Shown here: positions 50,404 through 61,333 of the stretch, one piece after another
Numbering within the stretch: the first letter of the stretch is position 1
Layout of the letters: every line of letters begins with the position of its first letter
Source: Squalus acanthias
Taxonomy: Eukaryota
Reading direction: 5' to 3'
Length of the DNA: 64,000 bases
NCBI GenBank assembly: GCA_030390025.1
Contig: CM059432.1
Location: 77,626,001-77,690,000 of the forward strand
Translations under genes and position numbers: made by a program
The notes under the pieces: model-generated
Seen by the model: the letters and a program-made list of their open reading frames with translations, nothing else
What the model was told of the DNA's origin: nothing
Databases searched by the model: none

Positions 50404-51441
50404 AGAGTGTATTGTTAAAGGAAATGTCGTGGATGTTGTGTATATGGATTTTTAAAAGGGGTTTAATAAAATTAGTCAAATAGTATTGAAGGGAACTTGG
50501 AGCGGCGCATCTCGGACAGCAACTTTTGGATTTCTGCATTTAACCATGCATCTGCCCTCGCCTGAGGTTGCTGTAGCATTTGCGCATAAATAACAGCAAG
50601 CGCCATTAGTCTCACCGTTATTTCGACAGCAAATTATGGCCCAATATCATCGGCAAAAAAACAAAGGGAGAGGATTTGATCAATTTTTATGGAGAGGGCT
50701 TTACGACATGCAGTGCTCCACCAGGACTAGTGGGGGAAGCAGAATCCATAATACCTCTTAAAAATGTTTTTAAAAAGCAAAATTTCAAAGGGTGTGGGGA
50801 AAGGGCAGAAGAATTATACTAGGCAGACAGCTTTCAAAGCATTGCCACAAGTGTGATGAGTCAAATTGCTTCTTTCTGTACTGAAAAGCGCAGGAGATGC
50901 AACACCTGCCCTTTTACCTCCTCCCTTCCCACTGTCCAGGGCCCCAAACACTCCTTCCAGGTGAAACAGCGATTTACTTGTACTTCTTGCAATTTAGTAT
51001 ACTGTATTCGCTGCTCACGATGCGGTCTCCTCTACATTGAGGAAACCAAATGCAGATTGGGTTACCACTTTGCGGAACACCTCCATTCAGTCCATAAGCG
51101 TGACCCTGAGCTTCCGGTCGCCTGTCACTTTAATTCTCCGCTCCACTCCCACTCTGATCTCTCCGTCCTCGGCCTCTTACACTGTTCCATGAAGCTCAAC
51201 GTAAGCTCGAGGAACAGCATCTCATCTTTCGATTAGGCACTTTACAGCCTTCTGGACTTAACATTGGGTTCAACAATTTCAGACTATAACCTCGGCCCTT
51301 ATGTTTTCTTTTTTCTCTCACATGGCAGTTGTTGATGATTCTGCCATTGCCATTATACCTCATCTCGAGTCGTCTTTTGTTTCTTAACTTGTCTAATTAC
51401 CATCTCCTTTTGCCTTGCACCATCATCCCTTTTGTCTTTTA

Positions 51442-53252
51442 GGGCAGAATTTTGCCGGTGCTCAGAGTGCGGGTTTGGAGGCAGTTCCACTGTCAAAATC
51501 AAAATGATTGACAGCAGGTTGGGAACCCGCTGCAAACCCGCCTCCATGTAAGTTTCCAGAGTGTTGGGTCTGCAATTTCAGAACAGACCCGACACCAAGC
51601 GGTGGGGAGGCACTTAAGATACTTAACTGCTTGTTAGGAGCTTGTTTACTACTATTTTTCCAGCCTTTTTCTATTTTACCATATTTTTAACGGGGACATT
51701 CAGAGATCACGTCAGGTAAGTAGGCCGGGTTCTCTATGTCTCCCCATTGCTGTGAATAGGTGACAGCTGTAAAAGTGGCATGAAAACTACCATTTCACAG
51801 CTGTTCACTTTCCAATGTAATAAGCTTGAGCCTATAGGACTTGGAAGACACTTTTGAGCTGTATGCAGTTTGGAAGTGTTTGGAGTAAACTCTCTATCCA
51901 CTGTCACCTCCTTGGAGCAAGCTCTCTCGCCATTGACAGATCGCTTCTGTCATCTCAACTTCAGCTGCCATCTATTCCAGCAACATCGGTGCCCTTGAAA
52001 AAATCTCACCTAGGTCCTCAGAATCCCAACACAATCAGCCCCAACACCAACATCACAGGGCACACCAACATCACCAACATCCACACCAACCTTCTCCGCA
52101 ATCAACTGATGCTGCATTGGACACAGGGCATCATCACCCGTGCACATTACTGCCCAGGATGCCAGCGATGGCCTCACCATGTCCAGATTTGCTTCACTTA
52201 ACACTGTACACCCTGGCTGCCACATGATGCACCAGGTTGGCAGCACCCCACACCTGCACCATAAAGCATCCCTACAATGTCCAAGCCATTCCTTTCACAC
52301 TCATCACCATTGGGGGGAGGAGGGGGAGTTATGTCTCACCATTCACTGCAACTCACTAAGCCACTTCCAAAGGTGCACACACATCTGTCCAAGAACACAA
52401 AGTGTTCAAAATAAAGATTTCAATGTTTGACAGCACATTACCAGAAACTTCACATGACCATTGGATAAACCACCCAAGTGCCTACCCTTGTGTGTTGTGC
52501 CTACCCTTGTGTGTTGTTAGTTGGTATGCTTGCAGTAGGATGAGGGTGAGGGTGAGTGTGAGGGGTGGCAAGTGAGATGGGGAAGTGATAATGTAGATAG
52601 AGAGGGATGGGTGGAGGTGCAAGGTAAGTTGGTATGAGTAAGGATGTTCAGGAGTAGGGTAGGAAAGACAGAGTGATGTGGATGTGATGAGTGGCACAGC
52701 AGGATGAGGTTGAGTGTGGCTTGGCAGTAACATTTCGTGATCTATTGAGATCATTGAAAGGTTTGCGCCACTGCAGCCTGGTCCTCCTGACGACATCCCT
52801 GCTTGTGTCCTCTTGTGCAATGTGCAACCAGGCTGTGTTGGTCTCCTAGGATGGTCTCTTCCGCCTATTGGAAGGGAAGAGAACCTCCCTGCGTGCTGTG
52901 ACTCCCTCCATAAGCATATGGAGGGAGTCATGCGAGATGTTTGGGTGCAGCCGTGCACCTTTGTGCAGTGCTTGTCAGTGTTTGCAGCACCTCAATGCAG
53001 CAGAACACTGACAGCACAACTGTCAAATCAATGCGGCCATGGTCCCTTTAAGGAAACCGGCTGATAATGCGTCATCAAATGATGTCATCAGACCTGCTGC
53101 CTTTTAATTGGCAAACAACCACGCAGGGCAGGCTTAACAAGCCCTATTAACGGAAAATCCTTTTTGCAGAGCGGCTGCAGCCGGGAATGGGACCGGAACC
53201 CGGAAACCACCTCTCCCGCCGCGATCCTGCCTCCGCTGGTGAAATCGCGGCC
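51442..53252. mobile_element. Harbinger derivative with Myb/SANT exon-1 remnant
   Basis: TSD TTA (51439-51441, 53253-53255); minus strand 52730-52960 reads LMEGVTARREVLFP...AWLHIAQE...LQWRKPFNDL. Confidence 0.85.
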
Positions 53253-53368
53253 TTAATTTCTCATGCCTTTCATCATATTACAGATATTCCCTTTTGTTCT
53301 TTCCTCCTCTCCTCCCTTTCCCTGCCCCTGCACTTGCTTAAAAATCTGTTACATCTCTAACTTTTTCC

Positions 53369-53405
53369 AGTTCTGACGAAGGGTCATCGACCTGAAACGT
53401 TAACT
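53369..53405 (+). ncRNA. Minimal hammerhead ribozyme motif
   Basis: AGTT-CTGACGA-A-GGGTC(ATC)GACCT-GAAA-CG-TT-AACT. Confidence 0.75.
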
Positions 53406-53460
53406 CTGTTTCTCTCTCTACAGATGCTGCCTGACCTGCTGAGTATTTCCAGCAGTTTCT

Positions 53461-54050
53461 GAAGTTATGCTAAACCTTTATAAAACATTGGTTAGGCCTC
53501 AGCTGGAGTATTGTGTATTGTATTGGGTACCACACTTTAGGAAGGATGTCAAGGATTTAGAGAGGGTGCAGAAGAGATTTACCAGAATGGTACCAGGGAT
53601 GAAGGACTTCAGTTATGTGGAGAGACTGGAGAAACTAGGGTTGTTTTTCTTAGAGCAGAGATGATTAAGAGGAGATTTGTTAAAGGTGTTCAAAATCATG
53701 AACGGGATTGATAGAGTAAATAATGAGAAACTGTTTCCAATGGTAAAAGGGTCGGTAACTAGAGGACACAGATTAAAGGTGATTGGCAAAAGAACTAGAA
53801 GTGCCATGAGGAAACATTTTTACAGCGAGTTGTTGTGATCTGGAACGCACTGCCTGAAAGGGTGATAGAAGCAGATTCAATAGTAACTTGCAAAAGGGAA
53901 TTGGATAAATACTTGAAGGGAATAAAAATACAGGGCTATGGGGAAAGAACAAGGGAGTTGGAATAATTGGACAACTCTACCAGAGAGCTGGCACAGGCAT
54001 GATGGGCCGAATGGCCTCCTTCTGTGCTGTATCATTCTATGATTCTATGA
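53461..54050 (+). mobile_element. CR1 3' fragment
   Basis: MLNLYKTLVRPQLEYCV...; (ATTCTATG)n tail. Confidence 0.9.
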
Positions 54051-54885
54051 ACTTCCAAAGCAATTCATTGATGTGAAGCGCTTTAAGGTGTCCTGAAGAT
54101 GTACCATATAAATACACATTATTTATTTCTCATTCTAGTGTGACACTGCAGTGCTACTGAAAATCATTTGTAAAAGTATCAATTTTATTTGCAACTATGT
54201 TAAAATTAGTTGCATAGAATCATAGAAATTTCAGGCCTGTTTTGTCTATGCCAGTGTTAGCTCCCCCACTGGGCCTATCAACACAAATCTCAATTCCCTG
54301 CTATGTTCCATATCCTTTAATATATTTCTCCTTCAAATGTTTATCTAATTCCCTTTTAAATGAAGTGATGGACTCAGTTTCAATAGCCACTTGTGGTGAT
54401 GCATGATATATTCTAATAACCCTTTGCATGAAAAACATATTTTAACTCCCGTTCGAACCAGTGCCACAGCAAACACTGATTAGAGCCATCCCAAAAAATA
54501 TCATATAAAGCCCAACACCTCGACATTAAAGAGCTACAGAGGTTGTTGTGGCTACCATCTTTACTCTTTGAAGTACCAGTTACCACATGCAACTCAGTAA
54601 TTATTTTTACATTTACATTTGTTAAAGTACTAACTCTGTGGGGAAATGGTAACCTTTGAGTGCCCAAATTAAACAAAAAGAAACTGCATAATACATTTAT
54701 AATTTGTAATAGATTGGTGGTGAATAGAGGAAGAATTACTGAGATTATGTATAATTCTAAAATCTTATTTTAAAATATCTAGGAATACAATGTTAGAAAT
54801 AAATCAATTTACAGATGTCAACAGATTTATTTTTAAAACTCAAATGAAAATTTAGCACTCAAGTTTTAATCAGATTAAAATAGAT

Positions 54886-57130
54886 GGGCACAAAATTTGC
54901 TCCTTAGCGCCCATTTTTTCGGCACTACAAGTACCATTTTGTCTCCAAGTGAGCAGCTGAGAAGGAGCAGGAGGAGGAGGAGGAATGGAAGAGGTAATCT
55001 AGACAGCCCATTTCTGGCTGGGCTGTCTGTGAAGAACTCATCCGAATACTATACCAGTAAACGCAAATCAACAGTCTCACACCTTCCCTTCCCTCCGTCA
55101 CTGACAATCACAGCCACAATACAAAAATAAAAGCCAACACAAAATAAACATTCTAAACCAAATTTATAAATCAAAGCTTGCCATATTGCATACAAATGTA
55201 AACTAATCACCCTTGTGCATTCCTTTAGTGCCAGTCTTCTGTGTGCCTTTGCCTGTCCAAGTGCTCTGACGCAGGGCTACCCCAGTGGCTGCAGAATGGC
55301 TGGTGGAAGGCTGCTGACTTTCAGTGGAGGAGACTGCAGATGGCCTTGCAGGACAACCTTGAGCAGCTCTGGGCCTAGAAGGCTCGGCTGTGGACTGCAT
55401 CACCTCAGCATGGGCGGCAGCAGTCTGGGCTGACTGGCTGACAGGTAACAGCAAGGGCACTGGCGGAGTGGCAGTGATGGGAGGAGGAATGCTGTCATCC
55501 TGAGAGAGGACAGCAGGCTCGTGCTCCACGGAGCCACTGCCACTCCCCCAGGGTGGCGACTCAGCAATCTTAGTAATCTGTTGGAGGACAGATTGCTGGA
55601 CTGTTGTGTCACCCTGCAAGCCCCTTTCCACACTGGTATCCGCAGCCATGCTGGCAGAAATCTGAACTTGCGTGGCAGCAAGCTGAGCTTGTATGAGAAC
55701 TGCCTGAACTTCCACTGCAGCACTCAGACATTGGGTGGCTGTTACTTGTGCTGCAATGGAAGCTGAGACATCAGCCATCAGATGCTGCTTCATGGTTGGA
55801 TCCACAAGTGTGCTCATGGAGTTTGCCACCACTTCCATGCTGGAAAGGATGGGCTCCAAGCTCTGCGCAAAGCCCTGTGCCAAGTTGGTGCTGGACTCCT
55901 CCATGCTCCTTGACATTCAGCAGAACTTTTGTGCGACCTCGCCCTCTGGTGAGCTGGTACCTGCGCTACCCTTGCCCCCTCCCCTGGCTGCAAGCTTCTC
56001 ATGCCCGGTGTCTCAACACGTGCAAATCCAGTGTCTAAGCTATCCCCTAAAGTACGCAGAATGTCGGTGGTCTTTCATCATCAGTGTCTTGTTGCTCTTC
56101 CACCACTGCCTGGCCAGGTTGCAGTTCTTGGGTATCTGAAAGGAGAAAGGCACAAGGGTAGAGGGAGGGGAGGGGGGAAAGTAAGAGGTGCACGCTTACA
56201 CCATCTGCAGCTTGTAAATCAGAAGAGATTATGGGATGAGGGGGAAGTGGAATGTGAGAAAGAGAACCAGGTATGAGGATACCATCAACCTCTATGGTTT
56301 CAGCCCCGCCGCTGGCCATGGCCTCAGCAATGGCCGCTCCAATGGTAGTGAACACTGTCTCCTCCCTGGAAGTAAGGACATGCAGCCATGCCTGTCCCCT
56401 GCCAGTTAGCTCCTGTTGCTTCATGTTGTGCACCATCTTGTCCTTACAGTGAGTGTGGTGCAATGTGTTTGGGTGATGAGGCTATCATGTTTGAATAGCT
56501 GGCAGTGTGTGCAAGCTATGAGATGTGGTTGTGAGGCTTTCAGCAGTGCTAAGTGTGTGAGGGTGAGGTGCAACTATGAATGTTAGGTATGAGTTCTGGT
56601 GGATAGAGATTGTTGGTAGGTGAGTGATGGGGTGTGGTGCATTCGTGCATTGAGCAGTGTCTGAGGCTAGTGGTGCAGTTGGTGCGATATGGCACTGACC
56701 TTGACCACTTGTCTGAGGTCATTGAACATTTTGTGGTACTGCATTCAGATCTTCGGGGCTTGTCTCCTAGCATTGCCCGCCACAGCTAACTGGCCCCACT
56801 GCCTTCTGAGCATTTTTTTGGAGGGCCTCCTGGCCCCCTGTGGATACAGCACTTCTCTCCTCCTTTCCTCCGTGACCAAGGCTGAGAACCTTGGAGCACG
56901 CTCTCTCCCATGTTGTGTCACTATTCAGTCTTTTTCCACGTCAGAGTGACTTGTACAATGAATTCCAGCACCTGCTCCAACTATAATGCAACTCCCTTTT
57001 AAGAAGTGCAGGCTGGCTTTAAGTAGTGCAGGCTAGCTTTAACTCGTGCTAGCCTCTCACAATTTTGGGCCCCCTATTGAGGCGTGCAGCCACTCAACAG
57101 CATGGTTAGTGCTGGCTGCACACTATAATC
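54886..57130. mobile_element. Second copy of the Myb-carrying Harbinger derivative (Myb pseudogene 55203-~56925, minus strand)
   Basis: Collinear with 17183-20100; ORFs 55203-55916 and 56047-56463 match 18147-18833 and 18863-19528. Confidence 0.85.
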
Positions 57131-59404
57131 CAATCATTCCTCTTAAGCCAAGCTGTAAAATGTACTGGGATTGAATTTGTGCTAGAAAAAATGTTACTTT
57201 TAAACAAAATTTCCCAAAAGCTGGCATGCAGTGTCCAGTGGAACAATCAACCTGGAGCTTGTGCAGAAACTTTGAGAAAATTGGATATATCTATTGATCC
57301 TCAGTTTTTAGTTTTCTGAAAGATTGATGATGAATGTATTTGGGTTTGAACTCGTATCAGTATTTATATGACCAGTCCATTTAATTCATTTTCAGTGATA
57401 TCACTGGTTTGTACATTGTTTCATAAAAAATTCTAAGTTAAATTACATTACATTAAAATGGTGCAACATATTGGATTTCAGGGTTTGTTAAAGGGACAGA
57501 AAAGTCACATGTAACTTTTGTCACGATATAAGGATTTTTTGTGAGAGGGAAATGTCAATTGTCCTAAACAAGGGCATTTTTTTTTTGCAAATCAACTCAG
57601 CCTGCCTTCTTCTGCACTCTCCAGAAATGTATCTATTTAACTTTTAAACCCACGTATCCCCTTCAATGCTCTTATCTGATAAGGTATTCCATAATTCTAT
57701 TATCCTTTGGCTGAAATAAATCTGCCTCACTGACTCCGAATGTGTCTCCTGATATTTGAGTCCTTCACTGCAGTTAATAACTTGCTTGGGTTGATTTTGT
57801 CCTTTCCCTTCATAATCTTGAGAACTTTAATAGGATCACCTTAAAGTCTCCTCTTTTCCAAAAAAAACCAAGCTTCCAACTTCTTTCCTAATAACTTAAA
57901 CTCTGATACCTGAGGGCTGATTTTCCAAACGTGCACGGAGCTTTGCCTGGTGCGGGAATCATTCAGACATTCTGGCAACATCTTAGTTGCGCACAGGCAA
58001 TAATATCTGTCCTACGAATAGGTGTCTATAACTGCACAATGTACTCTAGATAGGCTCCTGTCATCAATACAACCAGTTTAGATTTGTGTTCTGTTCCTCT
58101 GCTAGTGCAACCCTGTACCTCATTTGCCTTCTCTTTTATTAACTGCAGCTAAGCACTGTGCTGACACTTTCATAGATTTATCGACTATAACCTTGAGATC
58201 TCTCATGATTAGCATGCTGTACCACTGTCGCATGTAACACGTTTCTTGCAGTGTTCCCTTACTAATTATGTTACACTTATTCACATGCAAGTGACACGAT
58301 GATGCATTTAAATGTAATTTAAGTGATTGTATCTTGTGTTTGTGAAAAAAGTTTCTCAAGCATTTTGTTAATGGAGATAATGCTTCTTTAACAGAAGATA
58401 ACAGCGCCTAAATTTCGCGGGCCACAGTCCCAATGGTTATTCCAGGATCTCATCCACTTGCTGGAGTTTTCAAGGGTCCGTGGAAGATCATCTAATTAAT
58501 ATGGGGCCAGCGCGTCAATTCACCACAATGACTGCATCTCTGGCGTCTGCCTGCCCCACACAGCCAAAGAATTTGGTGCCTGGCCTCCTTTGGTATGGTG
58601 GCGGTTGCCCAGGTCCACTCACCCAGACCCCATGGAGACCCCTCGGCCCTTGTGTAAGCGAGTCAATCCTGTTTTTTCTCCAGCCTTTGGGAGTCTAGGC
58701 CAGGTCTACCCACCCCAAGGCTGTTAAGGCAGATTTAACAGACTGAAAGATAAACAGACATCTAAGTAAAGTTGGAAAAAAATGAAAGAAAAAGAGAAGG
58801 GGAGAGAATCAGCAGATAGACCAGTCATACAGCGTGATCTACAAAGTACTTAACTGAAAACCATTAGATGATATGAAAGAATTCAGTGAGATTATAGAGA
58901 GATAAGAATTTTCCCATCAAAAAACAGGTGACTTTGGAGCGTGGGGGCAGTTAAATTGTTAAAAATGTGAATCCCGACCTGATCCTGCCCACTTCCGGTT
59001 TTGCCGGAGGCAGGACAGGGGCGGGTGACCAACCCGCTCCCAGGGGGCGTTACCTCAATTTAAATATTGTAATGAGACTGGAAGCCTCTTTTTCCCCATC
59101 CATTTCAAATTTAACTGCCTGTGGATGGGTTTCACACAATTCATGAAACCCGGAAGTTAAACCGAGGTGGGGACTGCTGCATCCAGGAGGTAAGTGCCTT
59201 TATACCTACGTCCTGGATCCAGGGTCCTGACCATACCCACCCCCTGCGATCAGAGGGGAAGTAGGAGGTGTTGGTGTTCCCATGCACCTGATACCCTTGT
59301 CCTTCTCGGTGGTGGAGGTTGCAGGTTTAGGAGGGGCTGCCGAAGAAGCCTTGTTGAGTTTCTGCAGTGCATCTTGTAGCTATTACACACTGCAGCCACA
59401 GAGC

Positions 59405-59910
59405 ACCCTCCATAAACTCCAACATTGGCTCACTGTGTAGCTGACCATAGCCTGTCCTGCACTAAGTCCCATTTATCCATCACTTTGGCCCTTCAGGACC
59501 TACATTGGCCTCCTGTTGCCCAATATATTAAATTTGTAACCCTCAACCTCATTGTCAAATCCCTCCACCCACTAATTCCACCCTATCTCTGGAACCTCCT
59601 CCACTTTTATATCACTACTGAACCCTTTGGCCCTCCAACTCTGGTCTTTTGTGCATCTCCCTCCCTTCACCCTTTCCCTGATGACAAACCCCTCATCCGG
59701 CTCGGTCCAAACCCTATGGAATTGCCTCCACCTCGCCACTTCTCTCTCCTCCTTTAAAAACCTTCTCAAAACCCCCTTTTCAACCAAACTTTCAGTTCAC
59801 TCTCCTATTCTCTCCCTCCATGGCTCAGCACCTATTCCCTTACCTATTTTCATTTGTGAAGTGCCTTGACATATTTCTAGCCGTATTAGTGCAAGTTGTC
59901 ATTGTTGTTT
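59405..59910 (+). mobile_element. Old L2 3' fragment
   Basis: LQDLHWPPV...; FKNLLKTPF. Confidence 0.7.
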
Positions 59911-60209
59911 ACCTTCCGGTGTCACTGTGTTTTTTACTTTGGTGACATAGCAGGCATGTGGAATGAATCTGCTATTGTGCCAGTAGACCCAGATGTAAAG
60001 CTAGCGTAATAAAATTACAAATAGTTCTTGTACCATAACTTACTGCAAAACATCAATCAGAAAAGCTCTGCATGCAAACGGTTACAAGGCAAACATTTTA
60101 ATAAAAATTCTGATTTCTTCTGCAGAAAACCATAAAAATTATATTCTCACAAAAATAAGTTCACTGTTAAATGAAAATATCCTTTCTTTTCTAGTTCGTA
60201 AGCATGTCC

Positions 60210-60288
60210 GGATTGATTAATTCAGCTTGAAGTTGGTAAAATGGGGATTTCATCAAGTTTACCAACTTCAAGCTGAATCAATGAATCC
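60210..60288. other. Inverted repeat / hairpin with a 21-bp perfect stem
   Basis: ATTCAGCTTGAAGTTGGTAAA (60220-60240) pairs with TTTACCAACTTCAAGCTGAAT (60258-60278); 17-nt loop. Confidence 0.9.
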
Positions 60289-61333
60289 ACATTTGTGAAA
60301 TGCTGCCTGGAGTTTACTTTGGATTGCACAAAGCTCACGGCTGAAATGCTTGGTTTTCTTAGTTTCTGAGCAATTCATTTAAATGATGGGAAGGCAATTT
60401 TACAGCAAAAAAAAATAGAGAAGTGGTTTGGTTTTATTGAATAAAGGTAATTTTGAACAATTGCAGGAAATGACTACTGTAAGAATCACAGTTTTGTATG
60501 TCTTCGAATGTGGCTGAAATAAATATTAGACTGTTTACTGTGAACTATATGTAAATAAAACTTGTTTAACTGCTGGGGGCAATACAGTTTTAATGGTGAA
60601 GCTGCGATCAAAGTTGAATGATGTTTTCATTATGCCATCTACTGTAGGAAACAAATTGTGCAAATCTGCTCCTCATTAAATACATAGAAATATACACAAG
60701 TTACAAATGGAAACAGATCATTCGACCCAACCAGTCCGTGTCGGCATTTGCCCTCCCCATGAGCAAATAGATCTAATCACATTTACCTACCCTGTTCCCA
60801 GATCCTTTTAACCCCTATTCCTTCACCCACCTATCCTATCTAAGTATTTTAATATGTAGATAATAAAAAAGATATATTTGCATTTTTCGCACCTTATTGA
60901 GGCACTAAAACATATGAAGGCACTTCAGACAATGAATTACTTTTGGAGTGCCAGTTGTTGTGAAGGTAAAAATTAATCATTGACTAAGCAGTATATTAAA
61001 TATTTCTGAGTGGGCTGACATGACTTATCGGATTCCTGGTCCACTAACTATGGGCAGTTAGTCATCTCTGAATAATTCAAATGAATAATAATATTTTAAC
61101 AAATACCTAACATCCCTATGGGACAGAAATTCCTTAGGGATTCTGCCTGTCTCTGATGGGAGACCACCAGTACCAACGCCACCCCCTCCCCCCACTCCCC
61201 GTAAAATGACAGAGACCCGTTTGCTTTGATTGGTACCCTCCCCACAGGAAAGCCATCCAGTCTGCTTGGGAGGAGGTAGCAGAAATTCTCAATGCAGTAT
61301 CCAACATTCAGAAAGCCTGAGGAAGAAGATTTA

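Larger units (their letters stand above)
50887..53460 (+). mobile_element. Penelope-like element (GIY-YIG plus pLTR) interrupted by a Harbinger derivative
   Basis: FTCTSCNLVYCIRCSRCGLLYIEETKCRLGYHFAEHL; pLTR resumes at 53253. Confidence 0.9.
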
